A stretch of DNA of 64,000 nucleotides from Candidatus Aminicenantes bacterium (GTDB taxonomy: Bacteria > Acidobacteriota > Aminicenantia > UBA2199): the NCBI GenBank assembly GCA_029938635.1, contig JAOZUQ010000005.1, positions 1,363-65,362 of the forward strand. Direction: 5' to 3'. The notes under the pieces were generated by a model. It made no database searches and was not told where the DNA came from. It was given only the letters and a program-made list of their open reading frames with translations. Of the stretch, positions 8,386-18,880 are shown one piece after another (the stretch's first letter is position 1; every line of letters starts with the position of its first letter). Position numbers and translations under genes: made by a program.

Positions 8386-10212
8386 ATGTGCGGAATTATT
8401 TGTTACACAGGTAAGAAAAAGGTAATCCCAATCCTTATGGATGGGCTGAAGAGGCTTGAATACCGTGGTTATGACTCAGCAGGACTTGCAGTAGTGGAGA
8501 ATGGAAAAACCTTCATGGTGAAATCTAAGGGAAAAGTTTCGAGCCTGGAAGCCAAATTATCTGATTCATCATCAGAAGCGACTTTCGGAATTGCCCATAC
8601 AAGATGGGCAACACATGGAAAACCCTCTGAGATCAATGCCCATCCCCAATTCGGCTGCAATAATAAAGTGAGTGTAGTGCACAATGGAATAATAGAGAAC
8701 TATCTGGAGATAAAAGAAGAGCTTATTGAAAAAGGACATGAATTTACATCCGATACAGATACAGAAGTAATTGCTCACCTTATCGAACAGAATTTTAACG
8801 GCGACCTCGAGAGGGCGGTCTTAAAATCGATCGAAAAACTTGATGGTGCATTCGGGATAGCGGCAATACATTCTGATGTCGATCATAAGATCGTTGTTGT
8901 CAAGAGAGGAAGCCCGATCATAATAGGGATCGGTGAAAATGAATATTTTGCTGCATCCGATTCTACTGCCCTGGCTCCATATACAAATCAGATGATCTAT
9001 CTCAGTGATGATGAGATGGCTGTTCTTAATAGTACTGAGTATTATATAAAGAACCTGAGCAATGAGGTTCTTAAAAAGAAAGTTGAATTTGTTGATTCAG
9101 ATATATATACAAATGATAAAAAAGGGTTTGAACACTTCATGCTTAAAGAGATCTTTGAACAACCTGAAACCATAGAGAATGCCTTCAGGGGCAGAATTAT
9201 AGAGAGTGAAGGTGTATCCAAGCTCGGTGGACTTGAGCCTGTTATTGACAGACTTAAGAATATGAAAAAGCTGATCATCATTTCCTGCGGCACCAGTTAT
9301 TATTCGGGCCTTATCGGACGTTATATTTTTGAGGAATTAACCGAATTGAATGTTGAAACTGAAGTGGCATCCGAATTCAGGTACAGAAAGCTTAAACTGG
9401 ATAAAAATGTAGCAGTACTTGCTATATCTCAATCAGGTGAAACTGCTGATACTTTAGCAGCATTAAAGGAAGCAAAAAGAAAAGGTGCCCTTCTACTCGG
9501 TATTGTAAATGGAGTCGGGACATCTATTCCCCAGCTGACAGATGCAGGTGTTTATAATCATGCCGGGCCTGAGATCGGAGTTGCTTCAACTAAGATCTAC
9601 ACATCTCAACTTGTGATTCTGACATTAATAGCTCTTCTTATCGGAAGATATCAGGGAATGTCATTTACCGAAGGAAAAGAGATAATCAATGCTATAAAAA
9701 AGCTTCCCGATCAGATCAGAGAGATACTTAGCAATGCAAAAATGATAAAAGAGATTGCACTTAAATATTCTGTTTATAATGACTTTTTATATATAGGAAG
9801 ATTATTTAACTTTCCAACTGCCATGGAAGGCGCTCTGAAACTTAAAGAAATTTCATACATTCATGCTGAAGGATATGCAGCAGGTGAAATGAAACACGGA
9901 CCGATATCCCTTATAGATGAAAATTTTCCTACCGTTGCAATTGCAACCGACGACCTGGTCCTTGAAAAAATACTCAGTAACATGGAGGAGATCAAGGCAA
10001 GGGATGGGAAAATCCTTGCTATTACAAATGAGGGTGAAAAAAAAGTTAAAAAAATCGCAGATGACATTATTGCCGTTCCGAGGACATTGCCGCTGCTTCA
10101 ACCTATCCTGAATGTTATTCCTCTTCAATTGTTCGCATATTACATAGCTGACGAAAAAGGATGTAATATCGACAAACCAAGAAATCTCGCTAAATCAGTT
10201 ACAGTGGAATAG
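8386..10212 (+). CDS. glmS: Glutamine--fructose-6-phosphate aminotransferase
   Basis: MCGII, LEYRGYDSAG, HTRWATHG, SQSGETADT, PRNLAKSVTVE. Confidence 0.98.
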   Translation: MCGIICYTGKKKVIPILMDGLKRLEYRGYDSAGLAVVENGKTFMVKSKGKVSSLEAKLSDSSSEATFGIAHTRWATHGKPSEINAHPQFGCNNKVSVVHNGIIENYLEIKEELIEKGHEFTSDTDTEVIAHLIEQNFNGDLERAVLKSIEKLDGAFGIAAIHSDVDHKIVVVKRGSPIIIGIGENEYFAASDSTALAPYTNQMIYLSDDEMAVLNSTEYYIKNLSNEVLKKKVEFVDSDIYTNDKKGFEHFMLKEIFEQPETIENAFRGRIIESEGVSKLGGLEPVIDRLKNMKKLIIISCGTSYYSGLIGRYIFEELTELNVETEVASEFRYRKLKLDKNVAVLAISQSGETADTLAALKEAKRKGALLLGIVNGVGTSIPQLTDAGVYNHAGPEIGVASTKIYTSQLVILTLIALLIGRYQGMSFTEGKEIINAIKKLPDQIREILSNAKMIKEIALKYSVYNDFLYIGRLFNFPTAMEGALKLKEISYIHAEGYAAGEMKHGPISLIDENFPTVAIATDDLVLEKILSNMEEIKARDGKILAITNEGEKKVKKIADDIIAVPRTLPLLQPILNVIPLQLFAYYIADEKGCNIDKPRNLAKSVTVE

Positions 10213-10223
10213 TTGAATTCAAC

Positions 10224-10943
10224 CTAATTTAGTTTGTTAAGGATATCTTCCAGCCATTTTATTTTTGCAGTCTGAATGTTAGGGCTGGGGTGTGAGTAAA
10301 GTTTAGGGTGGCCGGGAGATACGATGCCTGATGTTCTGAAATCTTCCAGAAATTTTAATGCTTTCTCTGCAAGCGGAAGCAGGCTTTTATCCCTGCCCCA
10401 TCCGAGAATTACCGGAGAATCTTTTTTGCACATCTGGAAAACCTTTTCTCTCTCCTTTTTTCTTGTTCCGGAAAAAATTGTATGGACATCATTAAAATTA
10501 ATTTCAAACTCTTTTACCCGTTTGAAGAATTTAAGGCTTTTTGGTTCTCTTAAATCCGAAAGGTTAACGATCCGGACATGGTTCCATCCCATCTCGGCCA
10601 TTATTCTCATGACCTGATATTGAGTAACATCCGGTTTTGCAAAGACCATCTCAAGAGAAGCCAGTAATGGGGGCGCTTCTTTTATAGAGAGACCGGGTTC
10701 ACGGAATCCGAATTGCCTCGGCTCTGAAGAGCCGGGATTCATCATCACAAATATCGAATCTGGTTCAGAAGAGCTCAGGGTTAATGGCTCCGGTATGCTT
10801 TTAAAATATCCCCTCCTGAATATTTCTAGGATATTCCGGCACTTGATCTTCTCTTCACCCTCAGATATAAGATCATAATAACTGCCATAAACCGTAAAGA
10901 TATCTTTCAACTCCTCAGCATAAAGGAATTTAAACATTTTCAA
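10224..10943 (-). CDS. DUF1643-like hypothetical protein
   Basis: FVMMNPGSS, IVNLSD, VILGWG and HPS motifs; overlaps the upstream amrB stop. Confidence 0.55.
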   Translation of the reverse strand: MKMFKFLYAEELKDIFTVYGSYYDLISEGEEKIKCRNILEIFRRGYFKSIPEPLTLSSSEPDSIFVMMNPGSSEPRQFGFREPGLSIKEAPPLLASLEMVFAKPDVTQYQVMRIMAEMGWNHVRIVNLSDLREPKSLKFFKRVKEFEINFNDVHTIFSGTRKKEREKVFQMCKKDSPVILGWGRDKSLLPLAEKALKFLEDFRTSGIVSPGHPKLYSHPSPNIQTAKIKWLEDILNKLN

Positions 10944-11755
10944 TTAATACAGGCACTCAGGTAGCCCACAACCTGATCGAAATCACCGCTTACATATCCG
11001 GAATTTGTGTATTCGATCACTTCGCCTTTTGTCCCACCCAATTCCTTTGCAGCAGTCATCATTATATATGTTGGTGAAACTCCGCACATAGAGATCCTTT
11101 TTAAGTGAACTGTATCAAACAGCCCATCAGGATCCAGTTCTATAATTTTTTCTATAGCTAAATGGTCCAGCACCTTAGCATTTTCCGCACTGATATAATG
11201 GCTCATATCTGTAGATGCAACGATCAGAATATCATCACTATTCTCTTTAATTATTTTTCCTAACTCTATACCACCTTGTTTGATCATTTCCCTGTCATAC
11301 GTTCCTATAGTTATTGGTAATATCTTTGCTGACGGATTCAAAATCTGAATAAAAGGGACCTGTACTTCAAGAGAGTGCTCTTCTTCAGATGCAATTGTAT
11401 CAATACCGAACACACTACTAGTACCTGTGAGCTTTTCTCTCAACTCTTCATCAAGATCAATATCACCTAACGGAGTATTCCATTTCTCGTGACCGTCAAC
11501 TGCCATCACATGTCCGGATCCTCTGTGATTGACACCAAGAATAATAACCCGGCCGGGAATAATTACTTTTCCGAATCCGCTTCCTGCACATCCACCGGAA
11601 TAAACATATCCGGCATGAGGTGAGATCAATCCTATAACTTTGATCTTGTTCTCAGTTTCCTTAATAAGTTCTCCTACTTCGGTTCTTAATACCTCCCCGT
11701 CACCGGGGTAGAACATTCCCGCTACAGAAGGATATCTAGTCATATTCTCCTCCAT
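10940..11755 (-). CDS. amrB: AmmeMemoRadiSam system protein B (MEMO1 family)
   Basis: R.PSVAGMFYP, PHAGYVYSG, EHSLEVQVPF, ASTDMSHY, SMCG, VVGY. Confidence 0.92.
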   Translation of the reverse strand: MEENMTRYPSVAGMFYPGDGEVLRTEVGELIKETENKIKVIGLISPHAGYVYSGGCAGSGFGKVIIPGRVIILGVNHRGSGHVMAVDGHEKWNTPLGDIDLDEELREKLTGTSSVFGIDTIASEEEHSLEVQVPFIQILNPSAKILPITIGTYDREMIKQGGIELGKIIKENSDDILIVASTDMSHYISAENAKVLDHLAIEKIIELDPDGLFDTVHLKRISMCGVSPTYIMMTAAKELGGTKGEVIEYTNSGYVSGDFDQVVGYLSACIN

Positions 11756-11797
11756 TTCATAAAAAATTGTATCATATAGGGAAAAATATATTGAGGG

Positions 11798-13072
11798 TTA
11801 AAACGTGAGCCTGCTTTCATCAACCACAACTTCACCTGATTTGATTATTGTTTTAAAGGGATTTATCCCGAGATGATAGGCAAGGTAACTATAGTCCGGA
11901 ACATCTGCAAGAATAATGTCCATTTTCTTACCAAGAGAGATCGAACCTACACTCTTTTCTCTGTCTATTGAATAGGCCGCATTAATTGTAACAGTATTAA
12001 GAGCTTCTTCAATTGTCAGCCCCATCTTAAAAATTCCGAGATGAAAAATAAAGAATTGTGATGAGACCATTGAGCTTCCGGGATTGAAATCCGAGCCGAG
12101 AGCAACTATAGAATTTGATTCAATCATCTTTCTCACCGGAGCGTATTTATCCATCTTCAGAAAAAATGAAACACCCGGGAGTAGAACTGCCGTTGTATCC
12201 GAGTTGGAAAGTACTTCGATCTCTTCATCAGTGATCTCTATGAGATGCTCTGCAGACACCGCCCCTTTTTTTACAGCAAGGATAGCAGCATTGTTCGATT
12301 TAAACTCATCTGCATGGACCTTCAGTTTAAATCCATTCTTTTTAAGTTCTTCCAGATAGTAGTCCGCTTCGTCATAAGAGAAGTACCCATCCTCACAAAA
12401 TATATCTCCAAATTCGGCAAGGTCATCCTCTTTTACTTTCGGAACAACATCATTAACAAGAAACTTTAAAAAATCCATATTCCTTCCGGTGTATTCTTCC
12501 GGGATCTCATGGGCACCGAGAAAAGTAGGAACCAGATCAACAGGGTGAAAAGAATTTAATGCTTTTATTACCTCAAGCTGCTTCAACTCACTTTCAAGGT
12601 CAAGTCCATAACCACTCTTCGCCTCAACAGTTGTGCTCCCTGATTCAAGCATTCTGTTAAGCCTCCATTCACTTTGGGAAATTAATTCATTAAGGCCGGT
12701 TTCACGTGTCTTCCTGACACTCCCCTTGATACCTCCTCCTTTTGCAGCAATTTCCTGATAACTGACACCCTGAAGTTTCTGCCTGAATTCATCCTGTCTT
12801 GTGCTGGCAAAAGGGAGATGTGTATGTGGATCTACAAGTCCGGGAAGGGCCACAAAATTCGAACCGTCAATTACAACTGCACCACTTTTTAAAACGCAAT
12901 TTTTATTGAAATCCTCCTCAAATCCCAGAAAAGTAATAATTTCACCTGTTGAGCCTATCCAGAGATCTCTCGATATTCTAATTGAATTCAGATCCTTTCC
13001 TCTTACTACTACATCTGAAGCAGGATTAACTAATTCCCTGATATTTTTTATCAGAAGATCAATTTCTATCAT
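11798..13072 (-). CDS. hutI: Imidazolonepropionase
   Basis: PGLVDPHTHL, Y.EIAAKGGGI, EAKSGYGL, KVHADE, SAEHL, GSDFNPGSS. Confidence 0.93.
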   Translation of the reverse strand: MIEIDLLIKNIRELVNPASDVVVRGKDLNSIRISRDLWIGSTGEIITFLGFEEDFNKNCVLKSGAVVIDGSNFVALPGLVDPHTHLPFASTRQDEFRQKLQGVSYQEIAAKGGGIKGSVRKTRETGLNELISQSEWRLNRMLESGSTTVEAKSGYGLDLESELKQLEVIKALNSFHPVDLVPTFLGAHEIPEEYTGRNMDFLKFLVNDVVPKVKEDDLAEFGDIFCEDGYFSYDEADYYLEELKKNGFKLKVHADEFKSNNAAILAVKKGAVSAEHLIEITDEEIEVLSNSDTTAVLLPGVSFFLKMDKYAPVRKMIESNSIVALGSDFNPGSSMVSSQFFIFHLGIFKMGLTIEEALNTVTINAAYSIDREKSVGSISLGKKMDIILADVPDYSYLAYHLGINPFKTIIKSGEVVVDESRLTF

Positions 13073-13078
13073 TTTAAC

Positions 13079-14368
13079 TTATTCCGATTTTTTTTCTCTC
13101 TGGAATGTTGGTATATCCAATTCATCTTCAGTATTTTCAAGATTATGCTTCTTGGTCAATCCCGGAAAAGTCCCTTCATTTATATACCCCGGATTAACAT
13201 CCGTCAGATCTGCCGGAGTAATCGGCTTTTCAAATTGATAAGGAATACTTGACGGTGTATCCTTCCTTATAAAATCCTTGCTCGAAACATTGTCTGAATT
13301 ACTTCTGTGAGGCATATTTATAAGTGTAGGAGTAACCGGAAACAACTCCTCTTCACGCATCGTCTTTTTAATTTTATTTTTCTTCCCTGAATTCTCGAAG
13401 CCTGTAGCTATCACCGTTACCCGGATCATCTCGCCCATATTATCATCCTCAACTACTCCGAACTTACTCTTTACATCGGGAGATACTTCCGCATTGATCG
13501 TTTCTGCAATGATCTTCAGCTCATCACGCCTTAATGGAAGTGTGGACGATGTCGTTATATTAAAAAGAAGGCCAGTTGCTCCGCCAATAGATATGTTATC
13601 GAGTAATGGTGAATTAAGTGCTTTGTTTACAGCTTCCTCTGCTCTGTTCTCACCTTTAGACTCGCCTGTCCCCATCATCGTCATCCCCTTCTCTGCCATG
13701 GTTGTTTTTACATCGGCAAAATCAACATTCTGCATGCCGGAAGTGTTTATAATATCGGAAATACCTCTTACAGCACTCAGCAATACTTCATCAACCTTTT
13801 TATATGAATCTTTCAGCGGTATCTGCTCATCATCAATTTCAAATAATTTTTCATTGGGGATAACAATTATGGCATCGACACTTTCCAGAAGGCTTTTTAT
13901 TCCTGCCTCCGCAACTTCCATTCTATGCTTCCCCTCAAATTCAAAAGGTTTGGTCACAACGGCAACAGTAAGAATCCCCATTGATGCAGCATGATTTGCA
14001 ACAACCTGGGAAGATCCGGTTCCGGTTCCCCCTCCCATGCCGGCAGTGATGAAGATCATATCAGCGCCTTCCAGCATATCGGTTATCATCTCTGTACTTT
14101 CAAGAGCCGCTTTCATCCCTATTTCCGGATTCGAGCCGCTCCCCCTGCCTCTTGTAAGTTTCTCTCCAATCTGGAGGGTTAGTGATGGAGAATTAATATT
14201 GGATAAGTCCTGAGTATCGGTGTTTATCGCAATGAATTCCACTCCTGAGAGTTTTTCATCGATCATCCTGTTTATAGCATTCCCTCCGCCTCCTCCGAGG
14301 CCGAGCACTTTCAGAACAGCTCCATCCTTTCTCTTTTTCTTCAAAGTTATTTTAACTTCATCATTCAT
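13079..14368 (-). CDS. ftsZ: Cell division protein FtsZ
   Basis: GLGGGGGNA, GMGGGTGTG, NVDFADVKT, C-terminal LDIPTFQR. Confidence 0.98.
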   Translation of the reverse strand: MNDEVKITLKKKRKDGAVLKVLGLGGGGGNAINRMIDEKLSGVEFIAINTDTQDLSNINSPSLTLQIGEKLTRGRGSGSNPEIGMKAALESTEMITDMLEGADMIFITAGMGGGTGTGSSQVVANHAASMGILTVAVVTKPFEFEGKHRMEVAEAGIKSLLESVDAIIVIPNEKLFEIDDEQIPLKDSYKKVDEVLLSAVRGISDIINTSGMQNVDFADVKTTMAEKGMTMMGTGESKGENRAEEAVNKALNSPLLDNISIGGATGLLFNITTSSTLPLRRDELKIIAETINAEVSPDVKSKFGVVEDDNMGEMIRVTVIATGFENSGKKNKIKKTMREEELFPVTPTLINMPHRSNSDNVSSKDFIRKDTPSSIPYQFEKPITPADLTDVNPGYINEGTFPGLTKKHNLENTEDELDIPTFQREKKSE

Positions 14369-14376
14369 ATTTCCTC

Positions 14377-15600
14377 CTAGAAACCTATAAATTCCCTGAC
14401 CTTCTGAAAAAATCCACTTGAAGAATCTGGCATTACTCCCCTATTCCTCATATCAAGTAATCCATATTTAATCAGACCAAGGGAGGTAGAGAAGTCAGGC
14501 GTATTGACCTTATCGATCAACCCACCCAATCCCGTCGGTCTTCCTACCCTTACAGGAGTTGAAAATATCTCATCTGCAACTTCCAGAAGCCCATCCAATT
14601 GTGAAGTACCACCGGTAAGGACAACTCCTGCATTAATTTTATTTTCAAGCCCTTCCTGTTCTATCTTGTTTCTTATCATTTCAAATATTTCTTCTGCCCT
14701 CGGTTTTAAAATTTCAGTAAGTAATGAAGGATTTATCAACCGCATTTTCTTCCCGCCCACACTTGGTATTTCGATATTCTGGTTCCTCAGATTAGGGTCC
14801 ATCCCCATTCCATATTTTCTTTTTATAATCTCTGCTTTGTCAATGGGAGTTCTTGTCCCTATGGCCAGATCATTCGTAAAATTGAATCCTCCTACCCCTA
14901 TAGTAGATGAGAACTTTAGAGCACCTTTTTCATAAATCGCAAAATCTGTTGTACCGCCGCCGATATCGACCAATGCTACTCCCAATTCCTTTTCATCAGG
15001 TGTGAGAACAGCTTCAGCTGTAGCAATATGGGACAAAACCATTTTCAACACATCAATTTTAGCTTTTTTCAGACATATAAGGAGATTCCTGGTTGCTGCC
15101 TTGGATGCGGTAACAATAAGGATATAAACCTCAAGGCTGTTTCCTGTCATCCCGATAGGATTTTTTATATCATCCTGAGTATCAATAATGAACTCCTGAG
15201 GAAGAACATGTAATATATCCTTGTTATTGGGAAGCATAATACTGCTTCCATGAGTCACTGCCCTGTCAACATCATCTTTGGTTATTTCCCGGTTCCTTCC
15301 TCCTGTAATATTGATACTCCCTTTTGCACTAATTGACTGGACATGACTTCCGGAAATATTTATGTATGCAGATTCAACTTCGACACCTGCTGTCAGTTCA
15401 GCTTCTTTTACAGATCTCTTGATATCTTCAACAGTGTTGTTCATATCAACAATGACTCCCCTCTTTATACCTGAGGAATCAGCGATTCCGTATCCGATAA
15501 CTTCTATTTCGTCTCTCTCATCCTCTGTCTTTACCTGACCTATTATCGTACTGATCTTTTTTGTACCTATGTCTATACCGACTATAAAATTGTTTTTCAT
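14377..15600 (-). CDS. ftsA: Cell division protein FtsA
   Basis: GIDIGTKKI, VDIGGGTTD, GVVLTGG, amphipathic C-terminus; precedes ftsZ. Confidence 0.97.
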   Translation of the reverse strand: MKNNFIVGIDIGTKKISTIIGQVKTEDERDEIEVIGYGIADSSGIKRGVIVDMNNTVEDIKRSVKEAELTAGVEVESAYINISGSHVQSISAKGSINITGGRNREITKDDVDRAVTHGSSIMLPNNKDILHVLPQEFIIDTQDDIKNPIGMTGNSLEVYILIVTASKAATRNLLICLKKAKIDVLKMVLSHIATAEAVLTPDEKELGVALVDIGGGTTDFAIYEKGALKFSSTIGVGGFNFTNDLAIGTRTPIDKAEIIKRKYGMGMDPNLRNQNIEIPSVGGKKMRLINPSLLTEILKPRAEEIFEMIRNKIEQEGLENKINAGVVLTGGTSQLDGLLEVADEIFSTPVRVGRPTGLGGLIDKVNTPDFSTSLGLIKYGLLDMRNRGVMPDSSSGFFQKVREFIGF

Positions 15601-15604
15601 TTCT

Positions 15605-16399
15605 CTAGATTATCTCCTTGTCAAATTCCAGGTAAAATCTGTTTTTGAATCTAAGATCGACACTTTTTATTATTTTCTGATTATAACCGAGTTTTTTCCT
15701 TATCTTTAGATATTGTTTCACTTTCTTCAGGTCAACATTATTCCCGGTATAGAATATTTCACTTGTCCCCTTCAATTTCAAAGCCGTACCATAAGGTTCC
15801 CTGAAACTTATGTATTCGATAATATTTCTCTTGTCGATCAGACTGGAAATACCGGGAAATATATCCTTAAGGTCTGACGGTTCTATATCCCTTATTACCA
15901 TAATGCCATCTAATTTTTTTCCGGTTTCAGAAAGAATCACACCATTTTTATCAATAACATTGTATTTTCCCTTATACAGGAACTGGAATGCCGGCTGCCT
16001 TAAACTCAGTCTTACTTCTACTGTAGAAGGTAGTTTTCTGGAGATTGAAACTTCATTGATCTCCTTGATTTCCATCAATTCATTGCTCAAATTTGTTGTA
16101 TTCAGAGTAAGGATATTTCCTCCGTATTTTTTCAATATTTCTCTGACTTTATTATTTCTGAACACAGGTGCATTGATTAGTTTAAATGAACGGATATCAA
16201 GTTTTTCCCATCCGGTCATAAACCTGCCGATAGTATAGGCCGCATATCCCGACATCAGGAACAAAACAATTATAAGAAACACATGCAGGCTCCGGATCTT
16301 TATTGACCGTATTTTTTTCTGTCTGTTTACGACTCTGTTATTGTTCTTCCTGAGAAATTCTATCTCAGTCACAGGGCCGTAACCTGCCATCTTTTTCAT
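15605..16399 (-). CDS. ftsQ: Cell division protein FtsQ/DivIB
   Basis: Single TM, POTRA-like ISRKLPSTVEV, C-terminal VDLRF; position before ftsA. Confidence 0.85.
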   Translation of the reverse strand: MKKMAGYGPVTEIEFLRKNNNRVVNRQKKIRSIKIRSLHVFLIIVLFLMSGYAAYTIGRFMTGWEKLDIRSFKLINAPVFRNNKVREILKKYGGNILTLNTTNLSNELMEIKEINEVSISRKLPSTVEVRLSLRQPAFQFLYKGKYNVIDKNGVILSETGKKLDGIMVIRDIEPSDLKDIFPGISSLIDKRNIIEYISFREPYGTALKLKGTSEIFYTGNNVDLKKVKQYLKIRKKLGYNQKIIKSVDLRFKNRFYLEFDKEII

Positions 16400-17781
16400 C
16401 TTTTTTCTATCTCCATTAATTTTGCAAATGAGTGTGCGGTCTTAGTCAGGTCTCCGGCTGAAAGGAATACTATTGCATCACCCTCTTTTGCTTCACTCTG
16501 TAAATATGACAAAATATCCTTACTTCCATCTATATACAAAATTTCCCGGGAGCTGCTTCTTCTCATCAGATCAGCAAGTACTCCACTACTTACTCCCTCT
16601 ATTTCCTTCTGATTTGCACTATATAGTTTTGCAAGGACAACAATATCAGAGTTTTCAAATGATTTTGAAAACTCTTCCATGAGGCTTTCCAGCCTTGTAA
16701 ATCTATGAGGCTGAAACACTGCAATAATGCGACGGAATCCGCCATGATTTAAAGTATCAAGTGTTACTCTGATCTCTGTTGGATGGTGAGCATAATCATC
16801 AACTACAAGAATCTTGTCACTCCGGTACAACACCTGGAATCTCCGGTCAGGAAGTGAGAATTTTGAAAGTCCTGATATTACATCATCAATATCTATTCCC
16901 GATTCAAGTGCAGCAGAAATAGCTGCAAGACTGTTCAGGACATTATGGTGCCCACCTACATTAAGATGAACTTTCCCATTGTCAATGCCTTTAATAACCA
17001 GGTTGAAAGTTGAACCAAAAGTTCCCGGCACTATATTTTTCGCTCTTATATCTGCATTTTTTGATACACCGAATGTAATTACTTTCTTATTTATTTCGGA
17101 GAGTATCTCTTTAGAATTAGGGCAATCGATATTAATAGCAACCGAACCAAAAAAAGGGACCTTATTTCCAAAGTCCGTAAAAGCCTCCTTTAGTGATTCG
17201 AAGCTTCCATAATGGTCCAGATGATCATCTTCAATATTGGTAATAACTGCTATAGTAGGGAATAATTTTAGGAAACTCCCATCCGACTCATCTGCTTCCG
17301 CCACGAGGAACTCTGATTTACCCAATTTTGCCCCACTCTCCTCTGTCTTCAATTTACCTCCGACCACATAAGTCGGATCCTTTTTTGCTTCATTAAGAAT
17401 TGAAGCGATCATTGAAGTTGTTGACGTTTTTCCATGTGTCCCGGCAACCGCAATAGCAAATTTAACCCTCATAAGTTCAGCCAACATTTCAGCTCTGGGA
17501 ATCACCGGTATTTTCATTTTAACTGCAGTTTTAACCTCAACATTATCTCTGTTTATAGCGCTGGAATATACGAGGGTCTCAACACCTTCGACATTTTCCT
17601 TCCTGTGTCCTATATGAATTTTTATTCCGGACTTCCTCAGCCTTTCAACAACTTGACTTTCCTGAATATCAGATCCTGATATTTCAAATCCCATATTGTT
17701 CAGCACTTCAGCAATACCGGACATTCCTGCACCGCCTATACCGGCAAAATGAATTTTCCTGACTCTGCTGTGGCTAATCAT
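16396..17781 (-). CDS. murC: UDP-N-acetylmuramate--L-alanine ligase
   Basis: HFAGIGGAGMSGIA, GTHGKTST, EADESDGSF, DDYAHHPTE, FQPHR. Confidence 0.97.
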   Translation of the reverse strand: MISHSRVRKIHFAGIGGAGMSGIAEVLNNMGFEISGSDIQESQVVERLRKSGIKIHIGHRKENVEGVETLVYSSAINRDNVEVKTAVKMKIPVIPRAEMLAELMRVKFAIAVAGTHGKTSTTSMIASILNEAKKDPTYVVGGKLKTEESGAKLGKSEFLVAEADESDGSFLKLFPTIAVITNIEDDHLDHYGSFESLKEAFTDFGNKVPFFGSVAINIDCPNSKEILSEINKKVITFGVSKNADIRAKNIVPGTFGSTFNLVIKGIDNGKVHLNVGGHHNVLNSLAAISAALESGIDIDDVISGLSKFSLPDRRFQVLYRSDKILVVDDYAHHPTEIRVTLDTLNHGGFRRIIAVFQPHRFTRLESLMEEFSKSFENSDIVVLAKLYSANQKEIEGVSSGVLADLMRRSSSREILYIDGSKDILSYLQSEAKEGDAIVFLSAGDLTKTAHSFAKLMEIEKR

Positions 17782-18880
17782 TAAGAAGCACCGTTTTTCT
17801 GTGTCTTGAGATATTTAGTATTAATCCGCCTATCAACAGGCTCGAGATAAGAGAACTCCCTCCATTTGAAATGAAAGGCAATGGAATTCCTTTCGTAGGA
17901 AAGATCCCTATTGTCACAGATATATTTATCATCGCCTGAAATACTATAAGAAAGGTCAACCCTGTAACAAAAAGATATGTGTATCTGTTCCCGGACAACT
18001 TTGCAATATTAAGTCCACGAACAAGAAAAAGGCTGAACATACAGACTACTAGGAAAGATCCAATCAGTCCGGCTTCCTCTCCTATTACTGCAAATATAAA
18101 ATCTGAATATGCATATGGAAGGAAATAAAGTTTTTGTACTGAATTACCGAGTCCCTGTCCGAATATCCCTCCGGATCCTATCGCATATATAGACTGAAGG
18201 GCCTGGAAACCGTATGTTGATGAATAAGCTTCCGGATTAAGAAATGCAAATATTCTTCCCATCTTTTCAGGGTTATATTTCAGAATCAGCACAAATGAAG
18301 GGAGCATGAAGATTGCTGAAGCCAAAAGATACCTGAATTTCAGCCCTGCTACAAAAAGAATAACAACAGAAATTATAAGGATAAGTGCAAATGTCCCGAT
18401 ATCCGGTTCCCTGAGAATCAGGATCTCAATGATAATAACCGGAATGAGTATAAAAAATAATTTCTTCAGATCATTAACATCTGTTTTTTTCCTGCTCAGC
18501 ATAAAAGAGAGATAAAGGATGACAGCAATCTTTGCAAATTCTGAAGGCTGGATCGTTAAATCTCCAAATTTAATCCATCTGAAACTATTATTGATCTTAC
18601 CTGTAAAAAAGACGGCAACAAGTCCTGTAATTGCTGCAAACATCGAAAAGAAGACAAAATTCCTTTCCAGGTAAAACGGCTTCTTCAGTGAAGTAATAAA
18701 AACGAGAATTAAACTTCCGATGATAAGCCATCCGATCTGCCTCTTCAAATAATAGAAGCTGTCCCCGAATTTTTCCTTGGCAAGGATAGAAGTAGAATTG
18801 TGGACCATTATAATCCCGAATAGTGTAAGCATCACTATAACTGCGATCAGGACCTTATCCACACCTATACTCTTTACCAT
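17774..18880 (-). CDS. ftsW: SEDS peptidoglycan polymerase FtsW
   Basis: RWI...IQPSEFAK, SDFIFAVIGEE, PTKGIPLPFISNGGSS. Confidence 0.95.
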   Translation of the reverse strand: MVKSIGVDKVLIAVIVMLTLFGIIMVHNSTSILAKEKFGDSFYYLKRQIGWLIIGSLILVFITSLKKPFYLERNFVFFSMFAAITGLVAVFFTGKINNSFRWIKFGDLTIQPSEFAKIAVILYLSFMLSRKKTDVNDLKKLFFILIPVIIIEILILREPDIGTFALILIISVVILFVAGLKFRYLLASAIFMLPSFVLILKYNPEKMGRIFAFLNPEAYSSTYGFQALQSIYAIGSGGIFGQGLGNSVQKLYFLPYAYSDFIFAVIGEEAGLIGSFLVVCMFSLFLVRGLNIAKLSGNRYTYLFVTGLTFLIVFQAMINISVTIGIFPTKGIPLPFISNGGSSLISSLLIGGLILNISRHRKTVLLND

